A stretch of 64,000 nt of DNA from a virus. Positions 49,503-56,793 of this stretch are shown here, piece after piece. Under the pieces are notes generated by a model. It saw nothing but the letters and a program-made list of their open reading frames with translations. It made no database searches and had not been told where the DNA came from. The position numbers were made by a program, and so were the translations under genes. The stretch covers positions 8,149 to 72,148 of the IMG/VR virus record IMGVR_UViG_3300013094_000036. The stretch is one strand, 5' to 3'. Within the stretch, counting starts at the first letter, position 1, and the number at the start of each line of letters is the position of its first letter.

Positions 49503-49835
49503 ATGAGTGATACCGATAGGAAAATACCGTTGATATTCTTTATTAAAAATTATCTGCAGCAGTTAATTGGCTGGATATTTAATCGTGATGTTGTTTGGGT
49601 AAAATTCTGCCATGATGATAAGATTCATATTTGTTTCATTATTTCTGACTGGGATCCCTTTGTAGAAACCAAAACACAACATATTGTAGTTAAAAGACAG
49701 CGATATAAAATCGATAAAAATGGCAAAGTTTTAGGATACAACCATCCATATAAAGGGTTTTTTCAAGGACGATGGATTTACGCCGATTACGCCAAACGAG
49801 TCATGATGAACTTACGAGGCGAAGCTGATTTTTAA
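49503..49835 (+). CDS. hypothetical protein
   Basis: About 110 aa ORF. Confidence 0.55.
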   Translation: MSDTDRKIPLIFFIKNYLQQLIGWIFNRDVVWVKFCHDDKIHICFIISDWDPFVETKTQHIVVKRQRYKIDKNGKVLGYNHPYKGFFQGRWIYADYAKRVMMNLRGEADF

Positions 49836-49898
49836 AAAAAAACGCTTGACAAGACAGTCCAACTCGTATACTATCATCAAGATTAAGGAGCAAACATC

Positions 49899-50072
49899 AT
49901 GAGTAATGACAGCAATAAAGACAGTGGATTGATCGCAGGGACAGCATTTCTGCTTATTGCATTTATAGCATGGGGATTTACCAGCTGGACACGATTCTTT
50001 ATTGTTTTGGCAATTTTAGCATTAATCTGGTTGGCTCCTGGTTCACCAACTGCTGTTCATGTTAACTTCTAA
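49899..50072 (+). CDS. small two-TM membrane protein, 57 aa (not in the ORF track)
   Basis: Promoter and AAGGAG SD; MSNDSNKDSGLIAGTAFLLIAFIAWG... Confidence 0.65.
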   Translation: MSNDSNKDSGLIAGTAFLLIAFIAWGFTSWTRFFIVLAILALIWLAPGSPTAVHVNF

Positions 50073-50113
50073 CGGCCAGTTAGGTATCACCAAATTAAAA
50101 AGGAGAATATAAC

Positions 50114-50338
50114 ATGACAGAATCATTTGTGGTTAATGCTCTAAAAACACATATTGATATAGTGAGTTTCGATCCAGTAATTCAAACAGAACTGGTATGC
50201 CATCTGCCAGCAATTGAATTGATTGATATTGCAAAATCACCAGGTTCCGAAACCTATGATCAAGTTGCCACCAATCTTGGAAGAATAATTTTGTCTGCAC
50301 TGGCACAGGCATTCAATTCACAGGGAGTCTATCCCTGA
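50114..50338 (+). CDS. hypothetical protein
   Basis: AAGGAG SD. Confidence 0.65.
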   Translation: MTESFVVNALKTHIDIVSFDPVIQTELVCHLPAIELIDIAKSPGSETYDQVATNLGRIILSALAQAFNSQGVYP

Positions 50339-50697
50339 TGCCTATTTGGGAAATTCACAGAGTCACAAAAAGTGGCAAAACCGTAAAAACTGTGCTGGCA
50401 ACTGGTAACACAGAAAAAGAGGCTTGGAGAGTTTTTAACCACCATGAAACATGGCGATGTTACCCAGAGTCTGCAAGTTTTGCGGCTATTCTAAAAAATT
50501 GAGCCTACAAGGTGTGCAGTCGATGGGTGTAAACCTATGAAAGAATGGTTAATTATATCGATAGTTGTTATTATCTTGGCAAGTATTTTTAGCATACCTG
50601 TCTTAATTTGGATTGTCAAACCAAAAAAGAAGAATTGACAATCCAGAAAAAATTTATAAAATAAAAATAGAAATAGTTGGCCAAGAAGGATTGTAAA

Positions 50698-50970
50698 ATG
50701 AAAAATATCGTGACAGAAAAACCAATGATAACAGAAATTCAAAATCAAGATCAGATCGATGTTGACGTTGCCATGTTGAAAGCTAATCTGGAAACAGCCA
50801 AATCCAGCGGCGATAGTGCAAGAGCAACAAAACTTGAAAAACAAATTGCATTACTAGAAGATGCTGCTGTGATTTATCATCTACATTCTGAACGCAAGGT
50901 TTTTTATGTGGATGTTGGTGATATGCCACAAGAAGTTGTAGAAAAAATCAAAAAGGATTTAACAGAATGA
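50698..50970 (+). CDS. small protein carrying a T4 gp20 portal-like segment
   Basis: QIALLEDAAVIY...ERKVFYVDVGDMP. Confidence 0.6.
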   Translation: MKNIVTEKPMITEIQNQDQIDVDVAMLKANLETAKSSGDSARATKLEKQIALLEDAAVIYHLHSERKVFYVDVGDMPQEVVEKIKKDLTE

Positions 50971-51503
50971 CAAAACAAGTACCAAATGTAACGTTCAAAA
51001 CCCGAGTGCGAGATGAAAGCATTTCTGGTCCCAATCCCTATCGCTGGCAAGACATGACCAGTGCAGATTATTTTACTGGCAAGCGAGTGATAGTTTTCAG
51101 TTTGCCTGGTGCGTTCACACCAACTTGCAGCACATACCAATTGCCAGATTTTGAAAAACTCTATGAAGATTTCACAGCACAGGGCATTGATGAAATTTAC
51201 TGCATTTCAGTAAATGATTCTTTTGTCATGAATGCCTGGGGCCGTCAGCAGTGTGTGAATCGTGTCAAATTGATTCCAGATGGCAGTGGCAAGTTTACAC
51301 GCATGATGGGCATGCTGGTGGACAAAGACAATCTGGGGTTTGGCATGCGTAGCTGGCGATATGCCATGCTGGTCAATGATGGTGTTATTGAAGAGTTTTG
51401 GCCAGAACCTGGTTTTCAAGACAACGCTGAAACTGATCCCTACGGCGAAAGTTCGCCACAAACAATTCTAGAGCGTATCAGCGGTAAAAACCAACAAAAC
51501 TGA
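50967..51503 (+). CDS. peroxiredoxin (Prx5/redoxin family)
   Basis: SLPGAFTPTCS, SVNDSFVMNAW and RSWRY motifs. Confidence 0.95.
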   Translation: MTKQVPNVTFKTRVRDESISGPNPYRWQDMTSADYFTGKRVIVFSLPGAFTPTCSTYQLPDFEKLYEDFTAQGIDEIYCISVNDSFVMNAWGRQQCVNRVKLIPDGSGKFTRMMGMLVDKDNLGFGMRSWRYAMLVNDGVIEEFWPEPGFQDNAETDPYGESSPQTILERISGKNQQN

Positions 51504-51807
51504 AATAAACATGCACCAAGTTCACTTGTCCTGGTGCATGGACATTCTCAAAAGAATGAAAGATGTGGTAGAAGGTGATCTCAGTGATCATGACAAGGAA
51601 GAGTATGCTATGCTGGCAATGGCAGGATCTATGGCTGGTGGAGGCGCTGGAATGGACAACTGCCTACAAATATGTATGCTGGTGATCCTCTTCCGCTGCT
51701 TAACCTGCAAGGACCGGCTGCTCGTTAAAAAATCTAGCGTGTAATACAAATACACGCTAGACAAAAATGCATTTATCTAGTAGTATTAAATACTTAACAG
51801 GTTAATT

Positions 51808-51882
51808 GCACTGGTAGCTCAAAGGAGGAGCGTCCCGCTCATAACGGGAAGGTTGGGATGTCAGGATTCCCCCGGTGCACCA
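51808..51882 (+). tRNA. tRNA with CAT anticodon (Ile2-lysidine or elongator Met)
   Basis: GCACTGG/CCGGTGC acceptor, TCCCG-CTCATAA-CGGGA, CCA; non-canonical T loop. Confidence 0.85.
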
Positions 51883-52032
51883 TTTTTGAGGTAAGAAACC
51901 AAAATACATCTTTAGGATGTACGGAGTGGTTTCATTGCGCAGGCGGGCAGGGGGCCATGCGTAAAAAAACAATAATTGTATATTATCGGCCTGCTAAATA
52001 TCTCTAGCATATATGCCTAAGCGGAGTTAGCA

Positions 52033-52578
52033 ATGACCAAAAAATCAAGTGTCGAAAACATGCGAGAATTAATGACACTTATGGAAAACGCAGCTGGTTT
52101 TCAAGCAGCAGACCCAACAGATCGCAGAAATATATCTTGGACTAAACCCAATCTTAATTTTGAATGGTCAGAGATAGAGTTTCAATCAGACGTGCCAGAC
52201 GTGCCATCTGATGTGAGACAGTACCTCAAGCAGCACTATCCGGATAAGGCTACCTGGCTACGGGCAGCACAGCGGGGTCAGGCGGTGACCATACCGCCTA
52301 ATCATAGGCTTGACATAGAAAACTATCCAAGAAACAAGCGGTCATTAATTGCTGAGCTCAAGCCACAGCAAGACTCGGCTGGTCCTGATAAGGCAGCTAG
52401 AGCAGAACAAGCCTTTGACAAAGGATCTGTGGAGATGCCTATTATTCTCAACACAGGCAACAGGCTTTGGTTGATTGGTGGCAAGACACGACTGGGCTTT
52501 GCCAACTATATCTTTAAAATTCCAGCTAAGGTATGGATGATAGGGGGGCAGCTCAAAAAAGCCAACTATTACGGTTGA
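52033..52578 (+). CDS. hypothetical late protein
   Basis: TAAATA and GGAG SD; MRELMTLME motif. Confidence 0.65.
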   Translation: MTKKSSVENMRELMTLMENAAGFQAADPTDRRNISWTKPNLNFEWSEIEFQSDVPDVPSDVRQYLKQHYPDKATWLRAAQRGQAVTIPPNHRLDIENYPRNKRSLIAELKPQQDSAGPDKAARAEQAFDKGSVEMPIILNTGNRLWLIGGKTRLGFANYIFKIPAKVWMIGGQLKKANYYG

Positions 52579-52867
52579 AGAAATAGTAGCAATAAAACGG
52601 TATCTAACATCGGGTAAATATGATGAATAAAAATTTACTCTGTTAGATACTACAAAATCATTTAAAACCGAAAATTGTCTCCCTGACCAATTATGGTTGA
52701 CTAATCATGTGACTCTAGAACAATATTATCAAACAGGAAAATTTCACCTTTCATCCGACGACGAAAAAATTTAAAAAAAATATCATAACCGTGCATTTTT
52801 TCAGTTGACAGATAAGTAAATATGATATATAAATACACTCATAAAGAGGATTAAGAGTTCAAAAACA

Positions 52868-52945
52868 ATGATGCAAAAAACAACAATTTTATGTAATGTA
52901 ATTAACCGCGAGGCCTATAAGCCCGTGCTGAGGTTTGCTGCCTAG
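52868..52945 (+). CDS. putative leader peptide MMQKTTILCNVINREAYKPVLRFAA
   Basis: 25 codons between the promoter (TTGACA 52805 / TATAAATA 52828) and a terminator; 3' end complementary to the terminator 5' arm; SD weak. Confidence 0.6.
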   Translation: MMQKTTILCNVINREAYKPVLRFAA

Positions 52946-52973
52946 AGGATTCGTATAGATCATCAAGGTAAGC

Positions 52974-53008
52974 AAACCCCAGAAACAAAAATTCTGGGGT
53001 TTTTTGTT
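52974..53008 (+). terminator. intrinsic terminator / attenuator upstream of the tRNA cluster
   Basis: AAACCCCAGAA-ACAAAAA-TTCTGGGGTTT followed by TTTGTT. Confidence 0.85.
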
Positions 53009-53011
53009 ACA

Positions 53012-53236
53012 CAGGGTTTGAGAACTGACGACGATTTTGGTCACCTATGGCCAGTGTTTAGCGTATGAAACACAAAGGATAGGGACTCGCGGAGGGCAAC
53101 AAGGTAGATATGTCTACTGGATACCAATGCGAGGCTGGGTTAGATAGAGATCACCCAGTAGGAGTTGCCATATAGGCGACTCTGTTCGTGATTGTTTTGT
53201 GGGACGATGATGAGGGAAAGTCATCGTCCCAGAAAG
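53012..53236 (+). ncRNA. unknown multi-hairpin RNA
   Basis: At least six hairpins inside an AGGGTTT/AAACCTT closing stem; no ORF. Confidence 0.55.
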
Positions 53237-53295
53237 TGAAACCTTTTGCAGAATGTATTTTTTGAAATGATTGTGCTAAGGGTTTTTAAGAATTT

Positions 53296-53381
53296 GAGGG
53301 GGCGCCAGAGTTGGAGAGCTGGAGCAGACTGTAAATCTGCCGCTTATTGCTGAGTGTGTTCGAATCACACCCCCCTCACCA
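53296..53381 (+). tRNA. tRNA-Tyr(GTA)
   Basis: GAGGGGG/CCCCCTC, GCAGA-CTGTAAA-TCTGC, long variable arm, TTCGAAT, CCA. Confidence 0.92.
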
Positions 53382-53392
53382 ACATAAGATAA

Positions 53393-53467
53393 CAGGGCGT
53401 AGCTCAGAAGGAGAGTGCTAGTTTTGGAAACTAGAGGCCGGGATTGCAAAACTCCCCGCCCTGACCA
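53393..53467 (+). tRNA. tRNA-Pro(TGG)
   Basis: CAGGGCG/CGCCCTG, CTAGT-TTTGGAA-ACTAG, CCA. Confidence 0.88.
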
Positions 53468-53482
53468 GATAAAATAATATAT

Positions 53483-53557
53483 GGGTCTAAAGTGTTGTTG
53501 GGGGCACGCGGGATTTGCATTCCCGAAGGCGGGATTCAAGCTCCCGTAGATCCACCA
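53483..53557 (+). tRNA. tRNA-Ala(TGC)
   Basis: GGGTCTA/TAGATCC with G3-U70, CGGGA-TTTGCAT-TCCCG, CCA. Confidence 0.88.
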
Positions 53558-53640
53558 CTATTTTGGGTAATTTTCAATGCGTTGTAGTAATTCTTCCAGT
53601 GTCATTCTTGAAGTTTTTCTTGCAAAATTTTCTTCCCAAC
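53558..53640 (-). pseudogene. C-terminal remnant of an HNH endonuclease
   Basis: Reads WEENFARKTSRMTLEELLQRIENYPK*, resembling SSITLEELMKRI of the 54750 HNH. Confidence 0.5.
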
Positions 53641-53651
53641 TAATCAATTAT

Positions 53652-53725
53652 GCCTCGTTCGTCCAATGGCAGGGCCGCATCTTTACACGGTGCAGACGGC
53701 AGTTCGATTCTGTCACGAGGTACCA
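53652..53725 (+). tRNA. tRNA-Val(TAC)
   Basis: GCCTCGT/ACGAGGT, GCATC-TTTACAC-GGTGC, TTCGATT, CCA. Confidence 0.9.
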
Positions 53726-53751
53726 ACGATTATTTTGGTATAAATAACTGC

Positions 53752-54312
53752 ATGAAAATTGCTATAACAGGTCATACTAGTGGTATCGGTATTGCAACAT
53801 ATAATCTACTGCAAGAACACAATCATATCGTACAAGGGTTCAGTAGATCTAATGGGTTTGATCTAACTAATCAAGCAGAACGAACCAGTATGTATCAAAT
53901 TCTTAAAAATGAACAATTTGACTGTTTGATAAACAATGCATATCCTTATCAATCCGCACATGGCACCAACGGGTTTATGCAAACAGCAATATTAAATGAT
54001 GTTTGGAAAATCTGGCGTTCTGATCCTGGAAAAACTATAATAACCATTGGTAGTTTAGGAGCAGACCATGTAAAAAACCAGTATATGCCATATGCTATTC
54101 ATAAAAAATCAATTGACGATACTGCAAAACAATTGAGATTGGCTTGCCAATATCCACAAGTCACTGTTATCAAACCTAGCTGGGTAGACACACCTGCTGT
54201 CAAGCAGTTCGATGGCAATAAATGCACAGCCCAACAGGTGGCAGAGATAATTCTTTGGATTTTAAACTGCCAAGTTAGAATTTTAGATATAACTTTTGAA
54301 AAGCGTGTTTAA
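53752..54312 (+). CDS. short-chain dehydrogenase/reductase
   Basis: TGHTSGIG, NNA and YAIHK motifs; TATAAATA at 53739; start corrected from 53650. Confidence 0.85.
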   Translation: MKIAITGHTSGIGIATYNLLQEHNHIVQGFSRSNGFDLTNQAERTSMYQILKNEQFDCLINNAYPYQSAHGTNGFMQTAILNDVWKIWRSDPGKTIITIGSLGADHVKNQYMPYAIHKKSIDDTAKQLRLACQYPQVTVIKPSWVDTPAVKQFDGNKCTAQQVAEIILWILNCQVRILDITFEKRV

Positions 54313-54371
54313 ATCAATGATATGAACCAGTTGTTGTTTATGTAGATAGACGGCAACGACATCAAATAATT

Positions 54372-54405
54372 GCTCTTGTGGCCTAACTGGATAGAGCGAT
54401 AGATT
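54372..54405 (+). pseudogene. 5' fragment of a tRNA (Arg-like D arm)
   Basis: GCTCTTGTGGCCTAACTGGATAGAGC, then truncated. Confidence 0.55.
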
Positions 54406-54412
54406 AACAAAT

Positions 54413-54491
54413 GCACCTGTATCCCTCTCCGCTACGAACGGAGCGAAAGGTAATTGGAATCATACAGGTTCAACTCCTGTCAGGTGCTCCA
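54413..54491 (+). tRNA. atypical tRNA-Arg(ACG) lacking a conventional D arm
   Basis: GCACCTG/CAGGTGC, CTCCG-CTACGAA-CGGAG, ACAGG-TTCAACT-CCTGT, CCA. Confidence 0.75.
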
Positions 54492-54522
54492 ATTTTTTGA
54501 TTATGGTGATCAAATCGCCATT

Positions 54523-54596
54523 GCTCCTATAGTATAAAAGCAGAACAAGGCTTTGGTAAAGCCTGGACGCAGGGGCGATACCTGCTAGGAGCACCA
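54523..54596 (+). tRNA. tRNA-Thr(GGT)
   Basis: GCTCCTA/TAGGAGC, AGGCT-TTGGTAA-AGCCT, CCA; T loop GGCGATA. Confidence 0.88.
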
Positions 54597-54604
54597 TAAT
54601 TTAA

Positions 54605-54682
54605 TGCGGAGTAGACTGGAGGTGGCCCCAGCATGGTCTCATACGCCATTGACGCACGTTCAACTCGTGCCTCTCGCAACCA
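54605..54682 (+). tRNA. tRNA-Met(CAT), initiator-like body
   Basis: TGCGGAG/CTC(T)CGCA with a 1-nt bulge, ATGGT-CTCATAC-GCCAT, CCA. Confidence 0.75.
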
Positions 54683-54749
54683 AAAAATAACAACGATTAC
54701 TGCGATTGAAACCAAAATAACTGTGATATGTTCCGTTGCCAGAGATAGT

Positions 54750-55588
54750 TCAATGGTATATCTGCTCAAACATAGTAATCCGTTTCATTAACTCTTCTAA
54801 TGTTATAGAAGATTTTGAATGTTTGTTTTGATTTGTTCGATGCGGAATGATTCGGCAATTTGCTGGATGTGCAAGTATTTTTGGATCAACACCATTTTTA
54901 AATCCATCAGAAACAGAATATAAGTGATCGCGAGAACAACCTTCTAAATTTTTTTTCTGTTAGCTGCTGAATACCAACCATATTGTTTGATAAGTGCAGA
55001 TGCATCCATAAACCAGTCTGCATAATCTGTTATACAGAAAGTGAACCTTGTTTGGTATCTATATAAACTTTTGTTATCTATAGTATCTGGATGTATAGTT
55101 TTAATAGTTTTTGAATACCATATTTTTCCGGTTATTTTGCACTTGCATAGATATACTCGAGTGTATGGGCCAACTATTTGTGATTTGAAAAGTTTTTTGG
55201 CAATATATTTTGGATTTTTACTCTCGTGAGTTGGCCTAGTAGCACGCCCTTTCAAAGTTTCAGATCGTTTCTTTTTTGAAATTTCTGATTGAGGACCACG
55301 TTGTTTGTTATTAAACTTTGCTGCACATGACTGCGTACAAAATTTGTTTTTGTTTTCATGTTGTTCATATGAAAGTGCCGATTTGCAGTTCAAACACAAA
55401 TTTGGATTTTCTAAGTATTTGGAGATTATTTTTTGTTTTTCCTTTAAGAGTTTTTCGGAAAGGGCTTTTCCTCGTCCTAAACCAGAACACCTAAAGTTAC
55501 AAAATTTTGGATTAATTGTTGGCTTGCCACATGCAGCACATGGTTTTTCTTTTAGAGTAGATGATTTTTTATAAATATCATTAGACAT
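54750..55588 (-). pseudogene. HNH homing endonuclease with zinc-finger repeats, frameshifted at an A8 run (about 54950)
   Basis: CAACG..FCNFRC and CLNC..FCTQSC; the -1 frame continues SRDHLYSVSDGF..HPANC..N..K to TGA at 54750. Confidence 0.8.
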
Positions 55589-55672
55589 TGTCTTTTCCTT
55601 ATAGTATAATAAGACTGTGTTTAGAGATACAAGATGCGTCAACATCTTGTATCTCGTTTATTTAGTTAATTT

Positions 55673-55757
55673 GATCCAGTGACCAGAGATAGTAATGGCC
55701 CCGGCTGCAACCCGGAAAATCGGATTAACGAGTATGCAAGCGACCCACGGAACTCCA
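55673..55757 (+). pseudogene. chimeric/degenerate tRNA-Cys(GCA)
   Basis: CCGG-CTGCAAC-CCGG arm and TCCA end; the 3' acceptor ACGGAAC pairs with GTTCCGT at 54730, not with its own 5' end. Confidence 0.6.
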
Positions 55758-55763
55758 AAAAAT

Positions 55764-55836
55764 GGACTGTTAGCTCAGTGGCCAGAGCAGGGAGCTTTTA
55801 ACTCTCGGGTCCTCGGTTCAAATCCGAGACAGTCCT
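55764..55836 (+). tRNA. tRNA-Lys(TTT), no encoded CCA
   Basis: GGACTGT/ACAGTCC, GGGAG-CTTTTAA-CTCTC, TTCAAAT. Confidence 0.9.
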
Positions 55837-55850
55837 TGAAGATAAATTCA

Positions 55851-55930
55851 GGGCCACATCGGTCATGCTGCTGGTAAGACCCACAGTGGAGCCTTGCAGT
55901 ATCTGGGATCATGCCCCAGGTGGTCCACCA
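55851..55930 (+). ncRNA. tRNA-like RNA with an Ala acceptor (G3-U70, ACCA) and no anticodon arm
   Basis: GGGCCAC/GTGGTCC, GGTC/GACC and CTGGG-ATCATGC-CCCAG. Confidence 0.65.
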
Positions 55931-55945
55931 ATAAATAAAATCGAT

Positions 55946-56018
55946 GCAGATGTTGCATAGCGGCTATTGCTCCTCCTTGCCAAGGAGGTTTTCGTGGGTT
56001 CGAGTCCCATCATCTGCT
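55946..56018 (+). tRNA. tRNA-Gly(GCC), no encoded CCA
   Basis: GCAGATG/CATCTGC, CCTCC-TTGCCAA-GGAGG, TTCGAGT. Confidence 0.9.
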
Positions 56019-56116
56019 TTTATAAAAAACCCCTTGACTTTCTCTGAATATACGGTATTATACATATATAAAGCAAGTGGTTCTTTGATAGTTTAATATG
56101 TAATTAGAAATTTTAT

Positions 56117-56261
56117 TCCTGGGTAGCTCAATTGGTAGAGCACCTGACTGGGGTCAAGCGTAGAATGCGAACAGGTAGGAAATACTTGTTATTGCCGTGC
56201 AATACGGCTAGACCAAATTTTAATCAGGTGGTTGGGGGATCGTTGCCCTCCCCAGGAGCCA
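56117..56261 (+). tRNA. tRNA-Asn(GTT)-type gene with a 69-nt structured insert in the anticodon
   Basis: TCCTGGG/CCCAGGA-GCCA, canonical D arm, CCTGA-CTG[insert]TTAA-TCAGG. Confidence 0.8.
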
Positions 56262-56411
56262 AAAATCATAGTCGCAGTATATCCCAGCATGCGTGCTGGT
56301 TTTTACTGTGACTTGGTAAGATGCTGTATCACGCTAGAATAAATCGAATGTGGCAGGCTGCATCAGATACACGGCGGGTTAGGGGGCCAGTGTATAGAGT
56401 TTTTAAATTTG

Positions 56412-56537
56412 GGGATAGCAACAGCCAATGGGGCTGAGCACCAATATAAGGATGTGTCGAGATCAGGAAAAACGCCGTGGGCGTCTGATATCAGCATCTG
56501 GGTGTCGAGGGCGGTTCGATCCCGCTGCATCCCGCCA
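56412..56537 (+). ncRNA. tRNA-like RNA with a long branched arm replacing the anticodon arm
   Basis: GGGAT(A)GC/GCATCCC-GCCA, CAGCC/GGCTG and GGCGG-TTCGATC-CCGCT. Confidence 0.65.
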
Positions 56538-56544
56538 AAATTTT

Positions 56545-56701
56545 GAGAAGGTGGCGAAACTAGTAAACGCACAGGTGCAAAGCCGGAGATGATGTGAGTG
56601 AGGTAAGATATTGTCTACCGTATCGCGCGAAAGGCTTTAGAACAGAACGTCGCTGAAAGCAGCATCACAAATTGCAGGTGCAAATCCTGCCTTTCTCACC
56701 A
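56545..56701 (+). ncRNA. tRNA-Leu-like body with a structured interior of about 100 nt
   Basis: GAGAAGG/CTTTCTC-ACCA, Leu-type D arm GGCGAAACTAGTAAACGC and GCAGG-TGCAAAT-CCTGC. Confidence 0.65.
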
Positions 56702-56716
56702 GATAAAAGATTTTAT

Positions 56717-56793
56717 GTCCCCATAGTTTAAGTGGTTGCGAATACTGGATTTTCACTCCGGAGATGCGAGTTCGATCCTCGCTGGGGATACCA
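56717..56793 (+). tRNA. tRNA-Glu(TTC)
   Basis: GTCCCCA/TGGGGAT, CTGGA-TTTTCAC-TCCGG, TTCGATC, CCA. Confidence 0.9.

Noticed and set aside
51511-51744. 77-aa ORF after peroxiredoxin
   Set aside because: No SD or motif, and the second half looks out of frame; it could be a degraded gene, so it was not called
56151-56219. Hammerhead or HDV-like (theta) ribozyme in the tRNA insert
   Set aside because: No CUGANGA/GAAA core or nested double pseudoknot recognisable by eye; not excluded without a covariance search
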